64,000 nt of DNA from Bugula neritina (GCA_964035545.1 OZ037768.1:10882741-10946740), one strand, 5' to 3'; counted from the stretch's first letter, positions 21,673-36,000 are shown. A program made the numbers and translations. The notes: generated by a model not told the origin, from the sequence alone.

Positions 21673-24600
21673 TCATTCATCTAAAATTCTCTCTTTAATA
21701 AATTCTATCAAATCATTTAATGCAATTTGTGCCCCATGCAGTCTTAATGGGCCTTGCGAAAAATGAAAAAATGCGTGAAACCCTTCACGGTAGTTCTTTA
21801 AACTAACTTGAACGTTACTCGTATTTGAAAGTCTAGCAGCATAAAACAGCCCATCGTCTCTCAAAACATCATGGTGAGCTGTAACTATATAAGTACTAGG
21901 CATGCCTTCAAATGATTCGGACATCAGAGGCATAAACGATGGATTAAATATTGTTTTTTCAATATCTTCAACTGCTGCCGTGTCAGCAGCTGTGTTGTAA
22001 GATTGGAGTGAAGGCAGCTTAGTAATATCCTTTGGTATAAGATTTGAATGAACATAACTGCTGTATTTCGACTTTCTGCTTGCTTCAGATACGTGTCTGT
22101 TGTCCAGTAGTAACGTCTTGCTAGTTGGAGTTATGTTCCCATAGTTAGAAACGCAATCCACTACATCACTTGCACTTATAATGTACCTGTAAACCAAAGT
22201 ATACAATACTGTTTATATTCTATAATCTATATGCTATATGCTGTATGTAGCAGGGTTGGGGTCAATTACATGTAAATGTAATTAATTACAATTACAATTA
22301 CATGAAGATTTGTTAATTACAATTACAATTATAATTACAGTTAAAAGGTAATGTAATAATTACAATTACAATTACATGGTAATGTAATTAATTACAATTA
22401 CAATTACTTTTGTTTTCACAAGGGATAACTAGAAGTTATACAATGTCACTTCTAGGGTCCAACTACCAGAGGCAATGTTGACAGTGGTGAACCTCCTTTG
22501 TTCCCAATAGTGACACTATAGGATCAATCCATGCCAAATCAACAAATTTTAAGGGGTCCCACACCTTTGCTTCTCAGATTTTGCTTATATTTACACATGT
22601 CCGGTGTACTATTCGTGAATATTTCTGACATGACACAAAAACTTTTTGAGAAATGACTAGATTTGCGGACAAAGGTTAGGAAAACTTTTGAGGAAAATTT
22701 GTGATGTCTACTTTCAGACCAACTTATAAATGTCTTATCTCAACCATTTTTTTAGACTGAGCTTTAAAAATTGATGTGGGAGATATTTAAAAATTTTTCA
22801 AAATTTACAAAAATTTGCCCATATTCAATGAGTTAGCATATATGCACACAAACTGTTCTGTAGTATGTGTTGCTACTAGTGCAAGCTGATAAGTATTATC
22901 AAATCGCACAACAAATTTTAAGACTTAGTCTAGAAAAATGGTTGAGATATAGACATTTATAAATTGCTCTGAAAATAGAAATTACCAATTTTCCTTAAAG
23001 TTTTTCCTAACCTTTGTCCGCAAATGCAGGCATTTCTCAAAAAGTTTTCTGTCAGGCCAAAAATATTTAAGAAAAGTGCTCAGGACATATGTAGGCCTAT
23101 TTGGTGTAAATATGAACAAACTCTGAGACACAACAGCACCGGCTATGTGGTGAGTTAGCATGGAATGACCCTATACTATATTGACTTAATCTGAACTTGT
23201 TATTTAACAGTAGATATGGTAGAAAAAGAATGATTTTTTCAAGATTTAAAAGTTTGAAGTAATTGACATGTAATTATAAAGTAATTGTAAAATTCAATTT
23301 CATTAGCAATGTAATTAATTACAATTACAATTACAATTACATTTTTATACATCAATTACAAATTACATTCAATTACTTGAAAAAATGTAATCAATTACAA
23401 CCAATTACAATCACAAATTACAATTACCCCAACCCTGGTATGTAGGTTACATTATATAAACACTTGCAGTCTTTTGTGTGTTATATTTGTAGAGATATTA
23501 CATCTTTTAAGGTCAAGGTCAACCAGGACTATATTGTGGGGAAAAATAACTATAGTAGTGAACATTCATTTTTGTACTGATATACTACATATTATAATAT
23601 TATATACCTTTAGACAGCATATTAGACAACATTCCATCATCATGATCAAGTACATGGGTTGTAAAATTGCCGATTTGTTTTCAAGTCACAAATGTAGTTC
23701 AAGAATGCTTCAATTGGGTTATAGGCCTACAAAACTACGTTGAATAACTTACTTTAATTTGCCAGCATTCTCTCTATAAGATGGAGTTTGAAAATCCATT
23801 GCTTGCAAGAGAGGGTATATTAACACCTGCTGCCAGATTTTCTTTTTCAACTGCAAAGATACTGCAGCAGCGAGGTTGCCTGAATAAAAGTAAACAATGC
23901 ATTAAGTCAGCGGTCTAATAGTAATGGCATTATTTTGACTTTTTCTTTATCTCTTGAAGTGATGCTTGATATTGGTTTAAAAAATAAAGTGGAAATCGTG
24001 TCATTAAATGTTAAAAGAGACGTAAGGAGCTGAAACACCAACTTAAATGCTATTCTTCAGTTTACCAATGTTCTAATATATATATAAAAACATACATGTT
24101 GCCTTTTGCCTGTATAAGCAAGTCATACACTGTATTCCCATACTTTGCATTACGTGAATAGGTTTTTCATTTAATGTTTGGGAACCGATCAATTAAATGA
24201 AATCACAACCATAAGTTAATGCAAACTGCAAGCAAATCCATCCATACAAGTATCCGAATGGATTCATTGGATGTATGGGAGCGCAGTCGTATTGAGGGGT
24301 CTAAGAAACAGCCTCATGCACACTTCTCTCAGTACTTATTCTTTAACAAGTTTATTTAAAATAAATTAAACACTTGCAGCACAGCAAGCTGAGGTTTGAC
24401 TCAATTAATTTTTAATAGCATTTTGTTTATAAAGTTTGGGTTTGAGACCCCCATCTTCCTTGTAAGCTACAAACATCTACTTGAAACAAGGTGCACAAAA
24501 AGTTTGCAGGTTTAGGCCTGACTTTTAAAGATTTTCCTAGATGGTAAGAAAAGGAATTATCCAGAGCATTCCTTGCTGGCAGTATTATATTTTACAAAAT

Positions 24601-27400
24601 CTAACTCACCGCCAGCACTGTCTCCTGCTATTATAATTCTGTTTTCATCCACATTAAGCTCCTTATGATGCTGAATGATATAATTGGTGACGGCTAGACA
24701 ATCTTCTAGACCAGCTGGGTGGGGGTGTTCCGGAGCCAGCCTGTATTCCACAGAAACTGTTGGTATTCCAAGTGTCCGAGTGATTGCAGTCAGAGTTGGG
24801 CTTGGATATGCTGCAACACAAGTCATAAGATACAATTAATTTGTGCTAAACTAGCCTTGATCTGCTTGGGTTAATCATTATATGCAATTAAATAGAGAGG
24901 AAAAATGACATGTTTACAAACTAATGACTTCATAAATATAGCAAGATTATTTTGTACTTTAAGTTTATTTTTCTGGTTATTAAGCTCCTACCAGTACTAC
25001 TATAATTGTTACTTAATGATTTTATGACCATATGTTTTTGTTTTGTAAAATATGAATATTTGTATTAGCTACAATATAAAGTACTACAATGAAGATTGGC
25101 ATTACACATTTTCAAATATAAGATATTGATAAATTAATAATCAATTGACTGTCTTACATGCAGTTAGCCACTCCCAACCACCTCCATGAAAGTAAATTAA
25201 TACTGGCTGGGGTACTTTTTTATTCTGACTTTCTTTTCTGTCTTTAATTTTACTTCTATGTACTATGACAGGAACACCTGCCATATTCCTGGTGTAAGTC
25301 TAAAAAATGTAATGAAATCAGCCTTTAATTGACTAGCTTTTAATCAACAAAAATTCTAAATCAAGTTACTACATTGTTGAAAGATTTTCAACAGCACATT
25401 ATACATTAGCTATTATATGGTCCCGGTATGTTCTGGGACATACATGTAATTACAGTTTGACTCGAGGTGAAAAATATTATTCAATGACACCATTAGTTGT
25501 CTATTTTTTATTACTAAATAAATTTTAAGTCTAAGCCAAATCTAAACAGATACTAAGGGGATGGACTGCTGTGAAATACTTAGCATAAGGAAATCAAAAA
25601 AGTTAGCATGGGTATATAACTTCAAAGAGCATAGACTATACTAGGCTATGCTAACTACTCTTAAGCTGAAATGTTGTGCACTTATTACTTAAAAATGCAA
25701 AACTAGGAAGTAAGTGTTTGTACTGATATAATATATGATACATTAAACTCAAGTGAGCTCTTGACTAGGTCTAGTGAATACGAATCTTTCTATAAGCAGC
25801 TTCGAGTTGGGGGTGACTAAGTGCAGTAGTTTGAGATTATCGGGTTTAGAGTTGGGGGTTTAAGTTGGTATTTTGAACCTCCAACTCTAAACTGGAAATT
25901 CCAAACTACTGCCCTCAGTCACCCCCAGCTCAGGGCTGCTTATAGATGATTTTGATGAAACATGCACAACATCCAGACTTCTAAAGCTTTCCTTATTAAT
26001 TGTTCTCTAAGTATCTTTAAGCTGGAGATGAAGAGTTACTTTAGTTTGGGTTCTCAAGTTTGGAGTAGGGGGACCTAACTGTAAACTTGAGAACCCAAAC
26101 TAAAAAAGTCTTTCATCCCCAACTCTAAGCTGCTTATAGAACAATTCTTTCCTGATATCTCATATCTCATAGCATAACATGAATTAGAGTCATTGAAGTG
26201 CTCAACTGCACGAAGATAGCAGCAGCCTAGCACATTGTTTTGTTTTAGTGAGTAATCTTTTTAGACAGAGTGCAGTTTAGCCTGTTATTCCGGTGTGAAT
26301 ACATGCTCAAAGGTCAACTTATTGCATCCAATACAATAAATTATCAACGATCATCCCTAAAGAGCTGAAATAAAACTTAAAATAACAAAAAAATATTTTA
26401 TTTTAGCCATTATGCCAAAAAGTATACAAGTAAAAGTTAATCTATTTGTTATATTGTTGAGGAAAATCTTATAAGTTTTCCAAAAATTTAGTCTACCTTG
26501 TTCGCAATGTATTTCACTGTTTTTATGCTATCTATATTTAATTGATTGTAGAGTTACACCATGCTTACAATAACAATTTACTTACTTCTATTTCATTATC
26601 CTTTCCACTTTCACCGTTCCCAGTAAAAGGCCAGATGCCATAATGCATGGTGTCAAATGCGAAGGAGAGAACTGGTCTGCCTATGTGAATGTCAAAGTTA
26701 AGATATGCCAACAGATTTCTCTGCAAAAAAAGGAATTTTTTATAATGATGGTGTAATAAAAGATGCAAACGTTTTATAACATTATTTATGCCATCGTCTA
26801 TTGTCACAATATTTTAAATTATTATAGATATGATGTTACTTGTATAGCTTAATATTGCATCACGGACAAATCTTTTGTTGAATGATAGACTACTGTGTAC
26901 TTATAGTATGGAACAGTGGATTTTTATTAAGCTATTTTTCAACAAAAGATTTGTTTGTGGTACAATCTTATGCTATGCAAGTAATATCATGTTATCAAAT
27001 GTACACAAATAGTTCTGAAAACATATCTATATACGAGTATATACTAAATACTGAGCTCTGCTTTATTGTACACCAGACATGAGAGTATAACATGAAGAAA
27101 TAGTAAAAGTTTGCTGAACGATAATTTTTGTTATGAAACTTTTTTTTAAATTATAATATTATAAAAAGTCTATAAATTTTCTTATTATATTTAACAAACA
27201 GCTGCATGGAAGTCTAATAACTTCTATGAAACTTAGAGGCTCACCAGTTTATGAAGAATGCGACATACAAATTCAATAGTTTTGACTTTAGAGACATCCT
27301 GCACGGGTATGTCATCAGGTACTTTAGTCTTGTCCCATACTTTGTAGGCAAAACTTGCTAGCACCAATATAGACAGTGTGGATATGAGTTTTAATGCCAT
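21673..27400 (-). CDS. AADAC-like: Arylacetamide deacetylase / neutral cholesterol ester hydrolase-like (HSL/GDXG family alpha/beta hydrolase), 6 coding exons, intact
   Basis: Exons 27400-27245 ([22 protein letters not shown], signal anchor), ~26720-26586, 25299-25158 (LIYFHGGGW oxyanion motif), ~24810-24610 ([18 protein letters not shown]...IAGDSAGG, catalytic Ser), ~23880-23753 (NLAAAV...[18 protein letters not shown]), 22186-21673 (HDVLRDDG catalytic Asp; GFHAF catalytic His). Phases are consistent. Confidence 0.93.
22251..23437. mobile_element. Non-autonomous hAT transposon with AATTAC subterminal repeat arrays
   Basis: TIR CAGGGTTGGGGT...ACCCCAACCCTG; perfect 8-bp TSD GTATGTAG at 22243-22250 and 23438-23445; dense (AATTAC)n at both ends. 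Confidence 0.92.
22521..23171. mobile_element. Foldback MITE nested in the hAT element (superfamily uncertain)
   Basis: Imperfect TIR GGATCAATCCATGCCAAATCA vs GGGTCATTCCATGCTAACTCA, TATA on both flanks, and long inverted arms (tttgcggacaaaggttaggaaaa / ttttcctaacctttgtccgcaaa; tatctcaaccattttt / aaaaatggttgagata). Confidence 0.8.
25783..26146. mobile_element. Two adjacent related foldback (MITE-like) units, ~25783-25951 and ~25998-26146
   Basis: Each unit is an imperfect palindrome bounded by TCTATAAGCAGC...GCTGCTTATAGA-type ends. Inner arms: tttagagttgg/ccaactctaaa and tttagtttgggttctcaagttt/aaacttgagaacccaaactaaa. Confidence 0.75.
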
Positions 27401-27534
27401 CTAGAAAATTATTAAATATTTCTAGTAGTTTCCTTAAAGTTTCCTTAAACTAATGGTCAGCTTCTATTCAATCTACAACTTCTAGTTGTAAGGCTAGAAA
27501 AACACAATATGGACTTTCGCATGTGAAACTGTAA

Positions 27535-27738
27535 GCGAAGGACCACACGACAAGGGATTTCCTGTATGCAGGTCCAAATTTTGAAAACCTGTCCTGGGAA
27601 TAACCTGCCACACACAATGCATGGGTTGTGGGTGTGAAAATTTATTAGCTAATGATCTTGGGGTTTAACTTTACTGCTCGCCTACAGACATTTGTTTTTA
27701 AATCTACGTCATCGGCAAAGAGACTTTAGATATTATAT
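27535..27738 (-). mobile_element. Truncated, rearranged inverted copy of the Harbinger-type MITE at 17865-18220
   Basis: TAA|GCGAAGGACCACACGAC...gtttaactttactgctcgcctacagacatttgtttttaaat...gactttagatattata matches the reverse complement of ~18075-18220. Confidence 0.8.
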
Positions 27739-30007
27739 GGACTTTTGCATGTGAGCAAAAAAATTGTTGGTTTTATTTTGAAATCTAACTCACTATTTTC
27801 AATAATTAGAAATTGATTGAAAAAACAAAAAGCCGAAACAAGACAATAAGTTGTACATAGTGACAATAAGTACTAAATAGTGATTAGCCAATTAGATAAT
27901 TAGCATAGAAATTATGATTTTGTGAGCTGTGCAGCTATGGATAGTGAAGTTATTAGTTACTTTGTACTGAGCACTGTCTCTGTTTATTGCTGACTCACAA
28001 AGATGACTTAGCACTGAGCAAACCAGTATAAAAGGTAGGCCTATACTCTATACTCTATAGTATATAGAATGCAATTATATTCAAATCTCAGTACAAGCTG
28101 TAGTCTATAACTGAAAGTTTAGAAATAGGCTATTATATTTACAGTTACGTTATTACTCCTGACAGCCTTACCTAGTAGCAATATCAATGTGCTCTCTGTG
28201 TCTTGTAGCAGCAAGCCTCCTTCAAGTATTTTAATCCACAGCTCCTCAAATGTTGTCTGCTAGTTGCAGTTGCACTACTCATTTCACTGTCTCCTATCAT
28301 TGCTGCTGCATTTTATTATCAGCTGTGATAACATTATGTTGTTATGCCTAATGTTGGGTGTGCTCTTCTAACTGCCCTCTCTGTTTATGTTGCTATCAAG
28401 TGATCGAAGGCTACATTTTTATCAATTATGTAAGGAGCAAAGCTCATCTCTAGGTCAACATAAATCAACTGTTTATACTTTGATTGAGCCAAGAACAGCA
28501 AATACAAATTAACTCGTGATCTTCAGAAGTTCAAAGATCGTGCACATTTGATCTGGCCTGATAAATGTAGTATTGACTATTACATCACTACTCTCTATTA
28601 ATACTCATCAAATGCATAGCTGAGGGCTCTTGGATATCCATTAATCTAGCTGCAAAGATGGTTTTGTACTTTTTTATGGATGCTTACAAATTCAAGTGCA
28701 TTTTAAATGGTAGTTTATATGGACGTGTCTACAGTTTCATAGAAAGATATAACTTGAACATACAACTCTATCTATTGAACACATTTGTTCTGCTATACTA
28801 ATTTTATAACAATTAGATTTATTAACTGAGGTTTATAGACAAAGTCTTGCATAATCTTCAGAAAAAAGACACAAGTATAAACAAAAAAATTAAAGTAATA
28901 TATAGACTATATTGTAACGCTTTTTAAAAAAAATGTTGATTAAAAAAGTTAAAATAAACTATTTTTAAAATAACTTGTCATCTAACATACTACTGCAAAG
29001 GCTGTTCATTTTCTTCCTGACTTCCTTCCTGATAGAGTGGTTATTTTGTTGAACAATGCCTAATTGATATCTAGATATGATGGGTTTTGTTTATTTCTTC
29101 TACTATTTTATTGAGTAGCTTTACGGAAAAGGCAAATACCTCTTAAAAACAAAATAATTTTTTATGTACGAGGTCTTGTTTTTTATGTTTTTATACACTC
29201 TCAATACTAAAGCTTTTATGCTAGCAGCTTGTAGCTCATGTAAGCTTCTAAACTGCAAAGTTTTATTTTAGCTGTTGAATACAGTTTGATTTATATCTGT
29301 GCATTTAAACATACTATTCATTGGTGTTTTCCGACTCAGTAAATTTCATGTTAGTGTTTCAATCAACCATTGGTTGTTTATATATGGGAGTGATAGTTTC
29401 ATCTATATATTCATATCAATGTTGAATGTTTTCAAAAATATTTTTAGTAATGCTCTTTCAAAAAAAATATTGGCTCTTGCAGACAAACAATTCCAACATA
29501 AATCAGCAAATATGTTTCTTGTTCAACTTTTAGCTATAAAGTTACATATCCAGGTATTTAGTTTGTGTTTTTAGTTGGTTTGTTTTCACTACAACTAATT
29601 TAGTTTTACATACTTCCTTGCAGAAAGATAGAAATTTTGGGGAGACAAATTTATTTCAGTTAGCACCATAACATCGATAAGGTAAAAAATAAAATTAAAT
29701 AACTACAAAATAAACATCTATCACGGTAAGATATTATTTGCAGGTTTTACAATACATAATAGAAAAATACGTGAGCAAAGAAAGGTGTATGAAAAATTGT
29801 ATCAATTATTAAACACTGGACTGACTTGATACAAACCAATGGAAGCAATTTTAAATAAAAATGACATAAACGTAAGAAAATATAACACTCTTGCAGTTCA
29901 AAATAAAAATCTAAAATAAGTAATTACCTCTAACTAGTGTAAAAATATGTTCTTTCTAATGACAAGTGAATAGTAGAGTTACTAATCACCAAAACTAAGG
30001 ATTCTAC

Positions 30008-33000
30008 TCACATGAAGCGTGGTTTCTTCTCCACACCACCTATGATGCTGGGCAATCTGCAAAAGACACGACCCACATTATTTAGCAACAAATATCTGCC
30101 TCAGTATTAGGAGTCATCTGCTCTATAGAATTTAGAATACTTACTTAGAATACTTATTGATTATCTCAGCATTGTCCTTTTTAGCTTGTTCTACATCAGG
30201 TTTCTTTCCTGACAGCAAATCTTCCGCCTGCTGTCTAAGAAAGAAAGCCGTCTGCTTCTTGAGAGAGTAGCCCAGTGGGTTCATGTCCCTCTGCTCACCA
30301 GCCCTCCGGTCTGGACCATACTTGTTGAGAGACATGTCTAGTGGGTTGTCACATATTCCATCGTGCATTGACAGGAACAGTGGTATGTACACTAAATAGT
30401 CTATAAATGATATCTACAAAACACAAAAATCTAGTATACATGCTATGTAAAGTTTTTAGTTAAAACATTCTATCAACTTGTAAGACTATATTAGAATTGA
30501 ATGTGTTTGTGGTTAGTATTTTCAGTAGAAAAACTATAGAGTCTAGTACTACGTGCGATAAATAATTACTCTACAAAACTCAAACTTATGAACAAGATTT
30601 ATAATTATAAACTCTCTTTAAACTCTTTAATTACTAACACGTTTTATTGGTTAGTCTTTTACTTCTACATTTATTACAACCAAAACAGTATCACAATATA
30701 TAATATTTAGTACATTGTGGCTGCCATGGTCTTTAAATGCGCAAGCTAACCTATTTTATATTGATATACAGACATTAAAGTAAAATATATAAATGGATAT
30801 CTCATGCTACCTCTTTCCACTCATTTGGTTCCAATTGACTCATAATGTAGGTCTGTTGGTTCCAGTTCAAACCTCCAGCCATCAGTTCTATCATAAGAGA
30901 CTCGGCCTTTATATAGTTTGAATCTCGGTCTCCCAACACGTTGCATTCGAATATAGCTCTGTATAATGCTATCTTCCGCTCAATATCCGCCAAGTTACAG
31001 ATTTCTAGCAACTCCTTACAGTAATGGCTATAGCATAAAACAACTTGTATAAGAACTTGTGAGACAATAAACAGATGTAACAAAGTCAGACTATTAAAAT
31101 TTCAAGTGTTTAAACTTAAGAAGCAATTTGAAGCAAATCTTGAGCAGCTTGCAAGTTCATAGCCATCTTTGCTTCATAAGACTTGCTGCTACTCAATCAA
31201 AATTTTGATAATTATTGCAATAAGACAGCAAGGCTCTACTTACTCCATCTTTGTTACACGTTCACACAGAGCAACGCTCACTCCGAACATCCTGAAGGTA
31301 ACTTGGGAATGGTGATCTAGATCTAACACTTTCATCACGTATTGAACTTGCTTCTTCGTAATGCTGTTGATACTTGGTATGCCTTCCAAGGCTACACAGA
31401 AGTCCTGCAATTACCAATAGTGTGTTTATATGGAGAAAACAATTCTAATCATATGCTTTACACACAAACGCACACACACACACACCACTCACTCACTCAC
31501 TCACTCACTCACTCACTCACTCACTCACTCACTCACTCACTCACTCACTCACTCACTCACTTACGCACGCACGCACGCATGCACAGAGGCACAAAATGAA
31601 AGCTCATAGGCACATATGCAAGTCAAAAATGCTTTTGAATTATATACTGTAAGTGCAAGAAAAACATCCATAGCAATGAATGCCTCAAATTTATAAGCAT
31701 TTTAAAAATAAACACATGTTTATATAATGCGTGTAACATAAAGTATAAAATTTATCTTATCTACTATATACTATTCTGCTGCTTAATCCCATAAATCGCA
31801 AAATTTTGAGAGCACCATTTGCATACCTCATATGTCAGGATTCCCGTTTTGTCTTCATCTTCCACAACGAAAGCTTTTGCATAAGCATCTATTTTCCGCT
31901 GATCTACCAGCCTATAGGCCTGTAGGTAGTCTATGCTAGCATCTCTTTCCGGCTCCAACTTGTCCACTAGCTTAGAGTCATCTATGATCTTTTTCATGTA
32001 ATCAAGAAGAAGTGGACCTCCCCTTTTCATTAGGATCTGAACTCTTCTGCGGCCAGGTTTTACTGAAAAAATTCAGCCGTTTGAAAGTTATATATACTTA
32101 GTTTATTTAAGTATATTTAAGTTCTTTTTCCACACTTGCATAAAACTTTAGGATAAACCCTATGATAAGTGACAAAACATTAAAGTACAGGGATAATTTC
32201 AGCCTAAAGTAAATAAACTACTCACATGTTTAAATAGCAAGTTGTGAGCATATTTGTTTAACAGAACAAAATATTTCCAGCTCTGAGTTTTGTAGAAAAA
32301 AGTACTTTATTGTACATGACTCACATGTTGAGGTGTCCAAATCACTATCATTAGCCAAGTCATCTGTATTGGCATCACTGCCATAATCGTCAGCGTTTTT
32401 CAACCCTACCTGTAAAAATAGAAGCATAAAATACTGAAATGATTCATTTTATTAACAAAAATCTAGTGAAATTTCCTTATATATATATACAAAATAATAT
32501 ACGATTGATGAAAACCAGGTTCAGTAAAACAATGCTGTGTAGAAACTTTCACTTATAAACTTATAATTCATGTACAACACACAAAACTAACTTAAGTTTA
32601 GTTTGATACCTTGGTTTCACCATCTTCCTGGAATCATAATTTATCAATGTTGCATACATAGTATACAGTAAACATACATTACACATATTCTAATCGTGTG
32701 CTGGTAAATAATTAAATAAATAGTATAAACTACACTAAAAGGATCTTACTTTTCGGCCTCCTTTGGTTATAATGAGATTATCACCAAACTTGGCTTTCAA
32801 TGCCCGAGCAATGTCTTGCTTTGACATATTGGGGTCAATGCCCAGCGCTCTCAAGTCATCAGCCGTCAGCTTGTCAATATCTATTTTAGTCTTTCCAGGT
32901 CTTAGCCTCAGCTTTCCATCAGGTCCTTTTTCGAAATAATTCCCATCATCTTCTTCTGCAAGTTTTAGCAAATAGTTCATTGATTAGCTTGGTTTCTGTA

Positions 33001-36000
33001 CATCGAGCCAACAAAAAGCAATTAGTATTTTTCTCATGACTTCATCGTTTCAATAATACATGGATATGTCTTAATTAGATGTCTATAAGCAAAAAACTAA
33101 ACAACAGCTAAATACACTATACATCTTTACGTATTTTTACGCACAAATGTTAGTTTTCAAAGCCTATATTATAACTCAAAAAGTAAATATAGCTTCTTAC
33201 TTTGAATTCGATGTTTACGACTTTCCTTTCCTTCTTTTATTTTCTTTTTCCCAATCAAATTTCCGAATTGATCATATTCAAACTCATATTCAGATCCTGA
33301 TTCACCATCATGATACTTTTTCTTTTTTCTCTTGATTCTGCCATGCTCATCATATTCCTAATATTTTAGTAATATTCCTTATAACACTACTAGTTGTGAG
33401 TTTTTATTGCTTTTGAAACCAAAGGCTGCAACTTAATTTTTGTGCATGCAAAATAATAATTAATTAAAATTAAAAAATGCAAGCATTTAAAACCTGTTGC
33501 TTCAATTGGACATCTTTGCATTCCAGCTTCAACACATTTAAAACTCTCACTCACAATTTCATATTCAAAGTCACTTTCAATGATCTCTTCTCCGCCTTTC
33601 TTTGTTCTTTTCTTTTTCTTGCCATCAGCACCAATGAAAGACTCAGCTAAATTTAAAAAGAGAAAAATATTAAAAGATATCCAAAAAATATTTTAAAGGT
33701 ACTATTAGTCGTAGTTATAAAATGCAGCTTTATACAAGTTTCATACATGCTACAAGCTGGCATTTCTATTAAACTAAAGTTAACATCCACATAAAAAGCC
33801 TATGCTACACAAAAAAGTACTACAAAAATTAATTCTAGTCAAACTGCAGCATAAAACAAGTTAAACTAGCTTTGAGCAATCTTCTCTCTTTTTTAACTTA
33901 TTTAAAGCGATGCCTTTGCAATATACTGCACATTTTATTTTGGATATAAAACTATAACACACTATCAAGTTCAACTTTGGAAAGATAATTATAAAGAGCA
34001 CACTAAATTACACAAATTAATTTTAACAAAGATAGCTTATACTAACTTTATAAATTTTTATGAAAGCTTCAATTTTTTTAAATAGCATTGATGACATGTA
34101 GTCAAATACCAAATTAGGCGCTATTAATTATTGTTCATTAAACATGAAAAAAAGCCTGTAATTATTATTTTATTGATTATTTTGACCCATAAGCACTTCA
34201 TTTTAGATGAAATTATGCTTGGATAAAATATATTAACTTTAAAATAGACAGTTTATTCAAAATTTGTATAGTTGTTTCAAAACCTCTTACTTTCACTGTC
34301 ATAATCTGCTTCATAACCTCCTTTTCCTTTTTTCTTTCTTCTGCCAGCACCAGTACCACCATCTACAGAGCATAATAGAGCCATTTGTTTTAAAATAAAA
34401 GCATTTAAATAATTCGAGGTAAGTGCATTATTAGATAAGTTTAAAAAAGCCTGTGTTTCAGAAAACAAATCTTGCAAAATGTTCCTAATAGATATTCAAC
34501 CCCTTTCTATCAAATTAAAGTTCATAAAAATAACTCAAACTTAAATAACTTCACTGTTACACCTAAATGCTTTAAAATGAGTTCTTCATAGCATTGACAT
34601 AGTAGAAATGTGTAAAATACGCAGGATTAGACCTGTTAAGTAGGCCATCGGTATAAATACATATTCATTACATTTATACTGCTTTGACTTTTCTCGATAC
34701 TTTATTTTTGAACTTGATGATAAAACTCTGCAGACAAAAGGCTTCCCATCCCTGTGGTAGACACTCCTTAACTTTGTATCACGTTTTATTCTTTTCTCAG
34801 ATGTAGAATGCTGATCATTCTTTTCGTTTACTGTAAGTCTATTGCTCCACCAACTTTCCCTGGCTTCCGTTACTGTCTTTGGTAAATTCATACTCAGATG
34901 TGTTCCAAGTTGCACTGTGACTTTAATAGTTGGTTTCATTGCTTTGTCATTCCAGTTAAAGTGTTGTTTATGTAAATTCAATCCTAAATGCAGTGGAGCT
35001 GGCTTGCTTTGAAAAGAAAATCTGCATAACAGTTTCTTCTTTCTTACAGTTAGAGCATCACACAGATTGACACCAGTTTGAATGCCTCCAGCCATTAGCA
35101 ACAGATTTGAACCTCACTCGCTGTTCATGTATGAAGAGAGGTAATAACTTGACTTCTTAAGTCGGCCTACGCTGTCGCAATATTTTATGAAAGTTCAACG
35201 GTGACAGGGCAATTTACTCATCAATTAATAGTATCAATGAGAAGCTACCTACTAATTATAGATTTTTATAACTACCAATCTTCACAGAGAATTAAGTAGT
35301 TTAAACTATATATGATAATAGGCTGGCATGTCAAATAATGCATGAATCAATTGATGCGTCTTCAATAAATTATTCAAGTTGAAGAAGAGGCCCATGTTTA
35401 CTTCTTTCATACTTTTCTAAAGTTATAAACACTCTTCTTTATATATCGATTGCAAGTCAATTTTGTTTTATCCTTTAATTTGTTCTAACACTTCTCTTTG
35501 ACTGCTGAGTTCTTAGAAGTTTATTTTAATAATCTATTTATTTAAAAAAGGAAAGTTGCAGTTGTAATATACCTTAAGCTGATGAAATCCTTGTGTATGT
35601 AGTCATAGGTTTTAATATTTTGCTTTCAATTTTTTAATTAACAAGTGCAAAATGTTTCAATTGTAAAAAACCTGCTTTTAGGTGTAATTGAGATTATTTT
35701 AAGCAATAAAAGCATAAAAAATACTTTAATCTAAACTAAGAAATTTCTACTTTAGATAGTATATCGGTGCTTAGATGATGATAACAAGTGAGTTATAAAA
35801 GTTATAAAACCTGAAAACTTGATTGAGAACTTCTTTACACAATGGTGTTTGGTGTTTAAAATTTTCTTTTGTTATTGCTGTTTGTAGATGGAACGTTTTG
35901 CATAGAATTGTGATAAATATAAACAGGATCTGATTGGATAATCTTGAAGATGTTGCATGAATGCAAATATAATAGTGATCGGTTTTGATAACCAGCAAAC

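Noticed and set aside
23608-23726. Possible extra exon of the AADAC-like gene
   Set aside because: All frames contain stops; exon ~23880-23753 joins 22186 directly in phase 2.
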